DNA of 25,037 nucleotides from a virus (IMGVR_UViG_3300044670_001237:1-25037), one strand, 5' to 3'; counted from the stretch's first letter, positions 16,493 to 24,732 are shown. Program-made: numbers and translations. Notes: generated by a model not told the origin, from the sequence alone.

Positions 16493-16965
16493 CCGGCTTC
16501 TAGAATTAATTTATTATATTCTTCTCTATCGACAATCCCTTCATCCAACAACCTTTCTCGGTTGACCATGTGAGCCGCCTGTGTTTCTTCTTTTGATCCG
16601 CCAAAGTAGGGGACTGCATGGCCTTCATCGATGAGTAGGGTCGTAAGATTGGACCATGAATCTCGTATTTCATTATAGACTTCAAAGTCACCCAGCACAC
16701 GACCAAACTTACCTTTCATATCTTCGCCATTCTTGGCCACCTGGGTCTTCAGCTTTGGTTTGCCGGCCAGTAGTTCCTTGACCCTATTCTTGGCGGCTAG
16801 CCCGAACAGCTTTTCTACTTTATCTCGGGTCCTTGATTCTGGAGTATCGATGCCCATGATGCGGACCCGCTCATCTGCCAATACGACACCAAATCCAAGT
16901 TCAATATCTACGTCAACGGTATCTCCATCAACAACATTTAATAGAGTGGTTCTATATTCGTACAT
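16489..16965 (-). CDS. Thermonuclease/SNase-like nuclease
   Basis: VVDGDTVD, VRIMGIDTPE, GKFGRVLG, LIDEGHA. Confidence 0.85.
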   Translation of the reverse strand: MYEYRTTLLNVVDGDTVDVDIELGFGVVLADERVRIMGIDTPESRTRDKVEKLFGLAAKNRVKELLAGKPKLKTQVAKNGEDMKGKFGRVLGDFEVYNEIRDSWSNLTTLLIDEGHAVPYFGGSKEETQAAHMVNRERLLDEGIVDREEYNKLILEAG

Positions 16966-17369
16966 GTTATATCCTTTACATGATTTTTATGAATTCTGCA
17001 ACTTATAATTCCATTATAAAAATCATCGCGAAGTAGTACATCATAGTCAAATTGATATTTAGCTTCGAAGTAAGAACATTCACCCTTTGTTTTACATAAC
17101 CTTAATATCTTGCGTTTAAAGCTGTCAACGCCGTTATTCTCTACTAGTTCTTGCACTTCCTTACTACTGCCGTAGTAGGTACGCCAATCGCTCTCTACGC
17201 GCGTTTTAACGCGTCTCTTGCGTGTTTTAGTCTTGGGGAGTATCTTTGGTTTCCAGAAAAATTTCTTTCCCAGATACGATTTGTTGTTGGTCAAATCCGT
17301 AATAATATAAACAAAGCCCTGGTATTCCTCAGGTGTCTCGTCATACTCATTATCATTATATGTCCACAT
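16938..17369 (-). CDS. GIY-YIG endonuclease (short, catalytic domain only)
   Basis: GFVYIITDLTNNKSYLGKK (GIY...YIG variant), YYGSS, conserved E (YFEAKYQ) and FYN. Confidence 0.8.
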   Translation of the reverse strand: MWTYNDNEYDETPEEYQGFVYIITDLTNNKSYLGKKFFWKPKILPKTKTRKRRVKTRVESDWRTYYGSSKEVQELVENNGVDSFKRKILRLCKTKGECSYFEAKYQFDYDVLLRDDFYNGIISCRIHKNHVKDITCTNIEPLY

Positions 17370-17396
17370 AAAAAAAATCCCACCTTTCGATGGGAC
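17370..17396 (-). terminator. Rho-independent terminator abutting the GIY-YIG start codon
   Basis: - strand GTCCCATC-GAAA-GGTGGGAT followed by a T-run (8 T in total), then ATG directly. Confidence 0.75.
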
Positions 17397-17405
17397 TATT
17401 TATCA
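17396..17405 (-). promoter_or_regulatory. Putative T4-type late promoter
   Basis: TGATAAATAG, identical to 2047-2056; overlaps the upstream TGA stop and touches the hairpin 5' arm. Confidence 0.55.
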
Positions 17406-17540
17406 CTCTTCTTCTAGTCGCTCAAACTGCATAGGAGATCCACACATTGGGCAATATTGAGGTACCTCTTCGCTATCTAATACCATCACCTGGGATTCTG
17501 TATCACAGGCAATACACTCGGTCCAATATTCTTCTTCCAT
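17403..17540 (-). CDS. 45 aa zinc-ribbon protein
   Basis: Manual translation MEEEYWTECIACDTESQVMVLDSEEVPQYCPMCGSPMQFERLEEE (CxxC...CPMCG); AGGAG SD. Confidence 0.75.
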   Translation of the reverse strand: MEEEYWTECIACDTESQVMVLDSEEVPQYCPMCGSPMQFERLEEE

Positions 17541-17627
17541 TTGATCTCCTACATACACAAATCTTCGTATCTTGATGTATATAGGCGATGTTGACTTTTG
17601 TCTGAGTGTGTAGATATTTTAAACCAT

Positions 17628-19856
17628 TTAAAAAGTAATTTCACATGCACCTCCCTGACAAGCCACGGCCCCCATTGTATCGATCTCCGTAAACCGCTTC
17701 TCGGCCAACTCATCTACAAAATCAATAGAACTAATGTTCTGCTGAATCTTTGTCCACTTATGGAGTAGAAAGACATCTTTGAGACAGTATTCGGCTTCCT
17801 TGAGATCATTCATAAAATAGTTATCACTAAACTTCTTGAATCGTCGTATCCACTCAGCACGCAGATCGGATACCTCACCCTGATACTCTGGTGGAGTCTG
17901 GGCCACCATTGTTGCTTCCCATAGGTCACGGAAACCCTGCTTACGGGTATCTACAATCAATCCAGAAGCAAACAATGCTGCCTTGCCATACTTAGCCACA
18001 ATCTGATCCTCGGTCAGGACTTCTGTCATTGGCGCCTGAGCAAAGTCTTTATCGCCCATACCGGCTAAGAAGCTGATCCCCGCAAAGCTATGACGATTAT
18101 CATATACATAGTCTTCTACCTGAGTCCACTGATGGGGCATTACGGTAACCGTATTAGATACGTTATGGCGTGTCTTTGGATTGGCGCATAACTCATAATT
18201 GGTTCCCGCTTCTACCCAATTGTTTTGTACCAACGATACCTTCTCCAACAAATCCGTTGCATAGAGATCTTCTCGGTATAAGGAATTCTCAGGTGAGATA
18301 ACGGGAAAGCCAACACAATAGTCGGTGCCGTTAGCTGACCACACAGACTCTTCAACCATATAAGGATTAGTCTTTGTGATCAGCTGAGCTACTTCTGTGT
18401 CTTTGTTTAGTTGTATATGACGCAGATAACGAGGAGAATGCTCACCATGTATACCAGACGCCGTCTGGAGAAGTACGGAAGCGTTTCCAGACGGCTTAAC
18501 GCACGTTGTTCTAGCCGCCGCATTAATTCCGATAAGCTCTGCAACGGTTTTATTAACTTGTTTAACAATTTCTGCTCCTTCTCTCTGAACATCTGCATCG
18601 AGTAACACATCTGGGTTGTTCATCCAACCTGTTACAGATACGCCCAACAATGCTTCACGTTCAAAGATTTTCCTTGATGTTTCTGTTAGATATTTAAAGT
18701 CCGTATAGCCAGCCTGCAGGGTACCCATAATAGCACCTGCTCGACAGGCCTTAAAGAACTCTTCTTTTGATGTACATTTAGAACCATTAATCTCTGTGAG
18801 GTTACATCCCTGCCATCCCGACTCTCCGTCAATTTGGGGGAACATACCAATCTCAACACAAGGGTTAGTCGTGATGTCTTTGTCGTCAACAAAGAAGAAA
18901 CCTGGCTCTCCAAACTCTTTAATAGAGGTCATAATCTCTTTAAAATCATCACGTTTGATTTCATCACGAACAATCACGGCAGAGTTATTAGAGCGGCCAC
19001 GTTGTGGATTATCAACAAACCAATTACCGGTCTTGGCCTTCAACATTTCCTGATCATCAGGTGAGAATAAACATATTGTGGCCGATCGACGAACACCACC
19101 AGCCAATACAGCATCCGAAGCATGCATTGCAATATCATAGATATCAATTGGACGTAGACGGGTTTCTCCCTTGAGGATACGCGACTGAATCAGGTGTTCA
19201 ATCTTATCTAATGACCGACGAAGTGGTTCAGGGCCTGGTGCTTTAAATCCACCATTAATCATTGCACCCTTTGGTCGTACCTGATTAAGATCAAAGTAAA
19301 TCTTGCGACCGGCCATTTCTGGATACTGTTGATCCGTAGCAAAGTAGGATGACATCAGGGCCCCCAAGGCATCGGCCCATCCTTCGACTGAGTCTTCTAC
19401 TACCCAACCCTTGGCCTGTTTCTTACGATCCTGAATGTCGGGCATCTTCTCTGCATGATGATACTGTACCGAGAATCCAGCTCCAGCTCCGCATAGGAGC
19501 ACGTAAAACAGCTCAGAGAAGAACCTAGGACGATCCGCATAGGTAGATGTGCAGTTGTACATTCTCATCATATGCTTTAGTAGTTGATCTCCACCAAACT
19601 GCAGAGCACGCTGAGCGCCCAATGCATATTTTAATTTGTAGAGAGACTCTGCTTCATCAATCAATAGAGATAGTTCTGGAGTCATTTTATCGGCATAGAA
19701 ATCACGGTGCATATCCATTACGCGTGATACTGATTCGTCCCACATCTCATATCGGTTTTTATCATCATCCCATCTAGCATAGCCTTCATAGAATTTAGTT
19801 TGGGACATCAAATCTCTTGTGTCCCGCTCCCGATTAGTTGGAACTGGTTTTAACAT
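17628..19856 (-). CDS. nrdJ: Class II adenosylcobalamin-dependent ribonucleotide reductase, monomeric RTPR type
   Basis: MYNCT, GAGFSV, VLAGGVRRSA, TNPCVEI, GCNLTEIN, TCVKPSGNAS, C-terminal ACQGGACEI; no beta subunit adjacent. ATG at 19856 has a GAGG SD (ORF track start 19907). Confidence 0.9.
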   Translation of the reverse strand: MLKPVPTNRERDTRDLMSQTKFYEGYARWDDDKNRYEMWDESVSRVMDMHRDFYADKMTPELSLLIDEAESLYKLKYALGAQRALQFGGDQLLKHMMRMYNCTSTYADRPRFFSELFYVLLCGAGAGFSVQYHHAEKMPDIQDRKKQAKGWVVEDSVEGWADALGALMSSYFATDQQYPEMAGRKIYFDLNQVRPKGAMINGGFKAPGPEPLRRSLDKIEHLIQSRILKGETRLRPIDIYDIAMHASDAVLAGGVRRSATICLFSPDDQEMLKAKTGNWFVDNPQRGRSNNSAVIVRDEIKRDDFKEIMTSIKEFGEPGFFFVDDKDITTNPCVEIGMFPQIDGESGWQGCNLTEINGSKCTSKEEFFKACRAGAIMGTLQAGYTDFKYLTETSRKIFEREALLGVSVTGWMNNPDVLLDADVQREGAEIVKQVNKTVAELIGINAAARTTCVKPSGNASVLLQTASGIHGEHSPRYLRHIQLNKDTEVAQLITKTNPYMVEESVWSANGTDYCVGFPVISPENSLYREDLYATDLLEKVSLVQNNWVEAGTNYELCANPKTRHNVSNTVTVMPHQWTQVEDYVYDNRHSFAGISFLAGMGDKDFAQAPMTEVLTEDQIVAKYGKAALFASGLIVDTRKQGFRDLWEATMVAQTPPEYQGEVSDLRAEWIRRFKKFSDNYFMNDLKEAEYCLKDVFLLHKWTKIQQNISSIDFVDELAEKRFTEIDTMGAVACQGGACEITF

Positions 19857-19938
19857 CGCGTACCTCTTTTTTTGGAATATATGTGTTGCACCTATGACCG
19901 ATGCCATAGATCTGTTGTTCTTTTATTTGTTATAGAGT

Positions 19939-19967
19939 ATTATATAGTATATTGCAAACCTTGAAAC
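19939..19967 (-). promoter_or_regulatory. Putative promoter for nrdJ
   Basis: - strand GTTTCA-N17-TATAAT with an AT-rich region upstream. Confidence 0.45.
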
Positions 19968-20008
19968 GCGCTAAAACAACGCTTTCTAAAAAAATATATT
20001 TTTATTTT

Positions 20009-20449
20009 TTAGTTGGTAGGTTCAGGTAATGATTCGGGCTCGTCTGCTAGAGCCTCCTCATAGTAGGCAATAATGGCCTGCTGATCCTTTACATAGCGTC
20101 TTAGATCGGCAATACCAATAGCTAGATTTTCATAACCCTTTGGAGTAATAGTAAACAGAACTACATTGCCTGTCTTGGAATTAATCTCAGCTAGTTTCTG
20201 GTCTAAATTTTCTTCTGTGATAACGAACCAATCTACAGGAGGAAAATCGACTGCTTTGGGTCGTTCCTGGATAGGTATGTTCTGTTCTTGATACTCAGTA
20301 GTTACTACTACTTCAGCCTCCGGAGTTCTGCTCCCCAGGCACGCTGTCAGTAGCATCGGGCTTATCAGAAGGAGGAGTAGTTTCGTCTTGGATCCGTCCA
20401 ATAAGTTTGTTAACGGCTTTGTTAACTCGGTCTTCAAGTCCTTGTGCAT
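20009..20449 (-). CDS. Putative o-spanin (Rz1-like lipoprotein)
   Basis: Hydrophobic stretch KTKLLLLLISPMLLTAC with lipobox LTAC, then a Pro-rich segment and a helical C-terminus. The true start may be TTG at 20401. Overlaps the i-spanin. Confidence 0.72.
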   Translation of the reverse strand: MHKDLKTELTKPLTNLLDGSKTKLLLLLISPMLLTACLGSRTPEAEVVVTTEYQEQNIPIQERPKAVDFPPVDWFVITEENLDQKLAEINSKTGNVVLFTITPKGYENLAIGIADLRRYVKDQQAIIAYYEEALADEPESLPEPTN

Positions 20450-20747
20450 TTGTCAATGCCTCCATAGTCAAATCGATCTTAGCAAACACACCTCTAAGTT
20501 TATCTAGGTGTTGTTGAGACTGCTGTAATCTCTTAGTTAAATCATTGTTGAGTTGTTCATTCTTCTTTTGATCGGCAGCCATCTTCTCTACAGTTGCCTG
20601 GAGGGTTTCGGCGGCTGTCTTTAATTTTACATTATTTTCGCGTAAAGTGCCAATGGTTTCTTCGGACCACAGATAATAATTATATCCGCCATATCCTACT
20701 CCACTCAAAAGAGATACAAGAAATAAAAATAAGTATACCTTAGCCAT
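20313..20747 (-). CDS. Putative i-spanin (Rz-like)
   Basis: N-terminal TM (VYLFLFLVSLLSGVGYGGY) plus long coiled coil; the 3' end overlaps the lipoprotein gene. Confidence 0.72.
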   Translation of the reverse strand: MAKVYLFLFLVSLLSGVGYGGYNYYLWSEETIGTLRENNVKLKTAAETLQATVEKMAADQKKNEQLNNDLTKRLQQSQQHLDKLRGVFAKIDLTMEALTNAQGLEDRVNKAVNKLIGRIQDETTPPSDKPDATDSVPGEQNSGG

Positions 20748-20913
20748 TGTCTTCCATATACTTCCTAAAACGCTTTAACAAAACAGGAAGTTTATCCTTT
20801 CTCCGTCTGCGGTCTGTCATGTTTATGGCCTTTACTTTTGGCCCCATATTCTTGGTATCGTGAGGGATGCCGGCATCAGCAGTAGTCATTGCATCTTCTT
20901 TTTTAATTTTCAT
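20740..20913 (-). CDS. 57 aa basic hypothetical protein
   Basis: Manual translation MKIKKEDAMTTADAGIPHDTKNMGPKVKAINMTDRRRRKDKLPVLLKRFRKYMEDNG; ATGA overlap; fills the gap. Confidence 0.6.
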   Translation of the reverse strand: MKIKKEDAMTTADAGIPHDTKNMGPKVKAINMTDRRRRKDKLPVLLKRFRKYMEDNG

Positions 20914-21509
20914 CGTGTTAATTCTCCTACTGCTACGTATACTGGCTGTTGTGTCTTTACATGAGTCACCTCATATATATCCAATCCAAATATTTCTCCG
21001 ACAGGATAACAATCATTAAAGACCTTTACATTATCACGAGGTAGTGCCACTTCATCCAATTTAGAAGTGTTAAGCTTAGAAGAATATATTTTATAGACAC
21101 CAGGTGATAATTTCTTATCCTCCAACACAAACCATTGAGTAGACTCATTTATAAAGTCTAGGGGGTCTATATCATACTCCACGAGAGCATCCTTAATTGT
21201 TTTATCTGATATGGAAAATTTTTCCTTTAGCAGATACAGAGCCGCTGCATAACTTGCCAGCCGACTTCCACCACCAGGAGCCTTTGCCATAATCTTTTTT
21301 ATATTAAAGACCAACCTATGAAAGGGTGTGTAATAATTAGCCAAATCATCCCTAGATGATACTGTATCAGTATTATAGGATTTAAGGCGTTTGCCATCCG
21401 CATCAATAATACCCAGTTCATATGCCTTGGTATCTTCAAACTTAGTTGTCAGAAGTCTAAGAAATCTAAATGTATAGACTAGATCACCAGCCCTTTTTAT
21501 AATTCCCAT
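20910..21509 (-). CDS. Conserved hypothetical protein of T4-like phages
   Basis: YTFRFLRLLTTKFEDTKAYELGIIDADG...YTPFHRLVFNIKK motif; coupled on both sides. Confidence 0.75.
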   Translation of the reverse strand: MGIIKRAGDLVYTFRFLRLLTTKFEDTKAYELGIIDADGKRLKSYNTDTVSSRDDLANYYTPFHRLVFNIKKIMAKAPGGGSRLASYAAALYLLKEKFSISDKTIKDALVEYDIDPLDFINESTQWFVLEDKKLSPGVYKIYSSKLNTSKLDEVALPRDNVKVFNDCYPVGEIFGLDIYEVTHVKTQQPVYVAVGELTR

Positions 21510-21877
21510 TATATTTTCCTTAACTTATCGACCACATGTGTATCCATAGGTATATTTGTATATTGATCATTCTTAATGTATTTCAAAAATATTAAGAATG
21601 GTTTTAGAGAGTTCCAGTATTTCAGTTCAATGTGGTGCTCAAGCATTCTTAGACTTGGCACTACATCAAATACATTAAATATGACAATAAGATGATTTAA
21701 TATTAATCTTTCAGATATATCACCTGTTTTAGAATAACGATTAAATAATCTCTTTATATACATAAACCGTTTAAGGTCATCATAAAACTCTTCAGCATCA
21801 ATTATATTTGGTTTATAATAATGCTTAGCCGCAAATAATATTATATTTTTATCGTCTAGTGATTCAAAGATTTTCAT
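21509..21877 (-). CDS. Conserved hypothetical protein of T4-like phages
   Basis: FAAKHY..EEFYDDLKRFMYIKRLF..ERLILNHLIVIFNVF motif. Confidence 0.75.
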   Translation of the reverse strand: MKIFESLDDKNIILFAAKHYYKPNIIDAEEFYDDLKRFMYIKRLFNRYSKTGDISERLILNHLIVIFNVFDVVPSLRMLEHHIELKYWNSLKPFLIFLKYIKNDQYTNIPMDTHVVDKLRKI

Positions 21878-21901
21878 TTTACATCCAATAAAGTGTTTAC
21901 C

Positions 21902-22291
21902 TTATTTAGACATAATATTTCTCATAGTTTCCACTAAAGACTTTTTACTCTTGCGACGATCCAATTCAATACCATTCTCACGGCCAAGCTCCTCAAGTTC
22001 TTTTTTGGTTAATGATTCTAGTACATCAATTGTTCCATCATTATTAAGATCACTAATGGTATCATCGGTCATGCCCATATCAATCATAGCGGCCTGAATT
22101 TTACCTTCTGTATTATAATCAATTATTTCCTGAAACTCTTCAGAGGCAAAGGCTGTATCAAAACCCATATACTCATCAATCTGAGCCTGACTAAATCTAG
22201 CCGAGGCATATACTTCTCCTGTTACGGGATCAGTCCATCCATTCTTACCGGGTACCGCATTGGAACACCAACCTGGTGGTTTTATTGCCAT
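21902..22291 (-). CDS. Hypothetical protein with a DxNxDG loop and C-terminal Rho_N/HeH-like helical domain
   Basis: DLNNDGTIDVLE followed by LTKKELEELGRENGIELDRRKSKKSLV; AGGAG SD. Confidence 0.65.
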   Translation of the reverse strand: MAIKPPGWCSNAVPGKNGWTDPVTGEVYASARFSQAQIDEYMGFDTAFASEEFQEIIDYNTEGKIQAAMIDMGMTDDTISDLNNDGTIDVLESLTKKELEELGRENGIELDRRKSKKSLVETMRNIMSK

Positions 22292-22300
22292 AATATTCTC

Positions 22301-23587
22301 CTATTTTTCTTTTGTTACGACTCCAGAAACAGGGTTTATAACTTTCTTGTCACCTTGTTTATTATCATTTTGACGGTGCTTCGCATTAGGACCTACACGC
22401 CCAGCTTTAGATGCATCATCATGCCCGTCTTTTTCTTTGTAGGGCGCTTCGTCGGGGGAATCGGCTTTCATGTCTTTACGCATGTCCATGGCACCCTTAT
22501 TATTCTTTTCTTTTTCATCCCAGGCTTCGGGAGGAGTAGACTTGGCATAATGCTTGGCACGGTCTGCAGACTTTTCCTGAATACGCGCATAGATTGGCCA
22601 ACGGGATTCTGCGGCCGATTGAACATCAGTATCTACACCCTTAGCACCCTTTTTATCTTTTTTAGGGTTCATTTCAACCTCTACATTCTCTTTCTTCTTC
22701 TTAGGATGAGAATGACTCATTTCCTGAAGTACAGTCAAATCTTTTACATCAACGTTTTGTTCGATGCCATGCTCAAACATTACATCATAATGTGATACAT
22801 ATCCCTGACCTTCTGATGTTTCTATAATAGTGTGTTCACCAGCAATACATTCACCATATCCCCAAGACTCATGTTTTACATGAGTAGCACAATCATGAGC
22901 CACAGCTTTGTCTGCATTGGTTTTATCCAAATCAACCGATTCTTTCATAGAATTTTTATACATATCTACTGCTTTTGCGTATTTTGGATTCTTCATCATA
23001 CGCTTTGATTCAGGCTCATCAGGGTTTTGATGAATCATATGAACAGTAGGTTCATCCAAGTTATGAGTTTTCATATGCTTCTTATATATATTCCACTTTT
23101 TAGAGTCTACACTTGACCCGAATCTATTTCTCATCGGAGTCATACTACGAGAAATTTCATCTACTTGTTCTACTGCTTCATCAACCGAGTCATGAATACC
23201 ACTTTTATATTTACCACCCGCTAAAGCATCTTTTGCTTTCTTAGTATAGCCCTGTTGATGCGGCCCCCCTCGAGTATAAACAGGAAGGTTATGATAATCG
23301 TGACCGTCTTTTTTAGCCAAATGTTGAGCAACCGTTTGGGTATAGTGAGCGCTTGCTTCATCAACCGATTCTTTTTGATCTGCAATGGCCCTTGCCGTAG
23401 ATGGCTGCATTGTCACCTTATGCTTCTTACCACCAAAGTTAAAATGAGACTGTCCCGCTTTATGAGCAGCCGCTGCAGCTCCCATAAATGCAGTGCGTTC
23501 TTGTGTGGGAATTTCTTCCGGAATTAAAAATTTTGATTCATTGACTTCAGAATACGCTTCAGCCAACTTCTTGATCCATTTGCTCAT
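22301..23587 (-). CDS. Modular 428 aa protein, putative internal head or virion protein
   Basis: Charged low-complexity modules separated by V-x-E/ESV motifs (EVNES, ESVDEA, DSVDEA, VDEIS, KESVD, IQEKS); His/Cys-rich module HDCATHVKH...SHSH. Confidence 0.6.
   Translation of the reverse strand: MSKWIKKLAEAYSEVNESKFLIPEEIPTQERTAFMGAAAAAHKAGQSHFNFGGKKHKVTMQPSTARAIADQKESVDEASAHYTQTVAQHLAKKDGHDYHNLPVYTRGGPHQQGYTKKAKDALAGGKYKSGIHDSVDEAVEQVDEISRSMTPMRNRFGSSVDSKKWNIYKKHMKTHNLDEPTVHMIHQNPDEPESKRMMKNPKYAKAVDMYKNSMKESVDLDKTNADKAVAHDCATHVKHESWGYGECIAGEHTIIETSEGQGYVSHYDVMFEHGIEQNVDVKDLTVLQEMSHSHPKKKKENVEVEMNPKKDKKGAKGVDTDVQSAAESRWPIYARIQEKSADRAKHYAKSTPPEAWDEKEKNNKGAMDMRKDMKADSPDEAPYKEKDGHDDASKAGRVGPNAKHRQNDNKQGDKKVINPVSGVVTKEK
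22931..23374. repeat. Dispersed 15-nt direct repeats inside the 428 aa gene
   Basis: TGCTTCATCAACCGA at 23174-23188 and 23354-23368; ATCAACCGATTCTTT at 22931-22945 and 23360-23374. Confidence 0.75.
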
Positions 23588-23597
23588 TGTTTTCTCC

Positions 23598-23870
23598 TTA
23601 AATCATCAGTTGAGCTGCGATAGATCCTGCAATAGCAACGATAGCTACCCAGAATAATTTATTTATAGTATTTACAGTGCGACAATTGTCGTCTACCTTT
23701 TTATCTATTTTATCTAACTTCTCGGAGAACTTATTCATACGTTCCCATGAGCGTTCACGGTACTCATTATAAGCATCCATCTTCTCTTCAAACCTAGCAA
23801 GAGTAATCAATACATCGGCCATCTTGTCTAGCTTATTTTCAATGCGTGTTAGTCTTTCATCCGTTTCCAT
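23598..23870 (-). CDS. Coiled-coil protein with C-terminal TM (XhlA/holin-like architecture)
   Basis: RLTRIENKLDK... heptads and a C-terminal LFWVAIVAIAGSIAAQLMI. Confidence 0.65.
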   Translation of the reverse strand: METDERLTRIENKLDKMADVLITLARFEEKMDAYNEYRERSWERMNKFSEKLDKIDKKVDDNCRTVNTINKLFWVAIVAIAGSIAAQLMI

Positions 23871-23875
23871 ATTTA

Positions 23876-24148
23876 TTATTCTCTTATTTCTATTTTGAGG
23901 GGGGTAGTTCCCTTGTAAACTCTATGAAAAACTCCACGCGGTATAAAAACTTCGTCGTTAATTTCAAGCGGCATCGGCATTTTATTATCAAATTGTAATA
24001 ACCAATTATCTCCTGCTAGTACCTTTATATTCCGATCTGTCTTATCACGATGCCATTCATATTCATCCTGATTTGATGTCATATCAAACGTCCTAATCTT
24101 CTTATCACTAAAGATTATATCAGCATATGGTTTCCCAATACTCACCAA
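23876..24148 (-). CDS. Cupin-like small protein
   Basis: EWHRD...VLAG and EVFIPRGVFHRV resemble cupin motifs 1 and 2; start uncertain. Confidence 0.65.
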   Translation of the reverse strand: MVSIGKPYADIIFSDKKIRTFDMTSNQDEYEWHRDKTDRNIKVLAGDNWLLQFDNKMPMPLEINDEVFIPRGVFHRVYKGTTPLKIEIRE

Positions 24149-24732
24149 AAAGCTCCTGGATTATTTACCTGCATTCCTAGTGACTTGGCATAACGGGGCA
24201 GACGGCAGGACCAATAGGCCGCAGAAGTTCTATCTGTCTGTGAAGAGCATTGATGTCTTGCGGCAAATGATTTACGAGCTTCCGGATCATTAATCTTGGT
24301 CTTTAGAGTAGATCCATCAGAAGCGCCACCCTTATCACCAAATGAAATTTTCTTTACTCTATCTCCATTCTTTACATAGACATAAAACTTCTTTGATCCA
24401 CCTCTCTTGGGTTTTCCAATTTCTGGCTTTTCTTCTTCTTCAATATTTTCTTCACCAAGGTAGGGCATCGGGCAATCAAGTGGTACCCTCACATTTTCAT
24501 ACATATCAAATTTTCCGATATCGGTATCAAGGATTTCTTTATTGATACCTTCTACTTGTAACATATCCATATTCATAAGACGTCTTGCTTCATTAAAGAA
24601 TAAAAAGTATTTCTCGGATCCGGGCCTGAAGACGTTCTCTGTAAATACAATATTCCTTTCGGCCATAAAGTCTGCGGCTTCATTGACCTCTTTTGTATCC
24701 ATTTCAACAGAATATGTTACCAGACTTTTCAT
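24142..24732 (-). CDS. Conserved phage hypothetical protein, two domains
   Basis: Acidic N-terminal domain; basic C-terminal KKFYVYVK..KKISFGD..RKSFAARHQC..YWSC. Confidence 0.7.
   Translation of the reverse strand: MKSLVTYSVEMDTKEVNEAADFMAERNIVFTENVFRPGSEKYFLFFNEARRLMNMDMLQVEGINKEILDTDIGKFDMYENVRVPLDCPMPYLGEENIEEEEKPEIGKPKRGGSKKFYVYVKNGDRVKKISFGDKGGASDGSTLKTKINDPEARKSFAARHQCSSQTDRTSAAYWSCRLPRYAKSLGMQVNNPGAFW

Noticed and set aside
16938-17369. GIY-YIG gene as an intron-encoded homing endonuclease, or nrdJ as intron- or intein-split
   Set aside because: nrdJ is uninterrupted and of normal length. The nuclease is free-standing and lacks an evident C-terminal DNA-binding extension.
17591-17620. 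+ strand TTGACT...TATTTT as an antisense promoter into nrdJ
   Set aside because: The -10 match is poor with an 18-nt spacer; insufficient evidence.
6460-18913. Nested - strand ORFs 6460..6684, 8002..8199, 16506..16706, 18407..18610, 18686..18913
   Set aside because: They are out-of-frame ORFs wholly inside recognisable genes, with no supporting motifs.
19935-19950. Possible NrdR box overlapping the nrdJ -10
   Set aside because: Only a half-site (TATATAGT) matches, in very AT-rich sequence, and there is no convincing second box.
19987-20012. AT-only imperfect palindrome CTAAAAAA...TTTTTTAG after the spanin genes
   Set aside because: The stem is almost all A-T and weak; it cannot be called a terminator with confidence.
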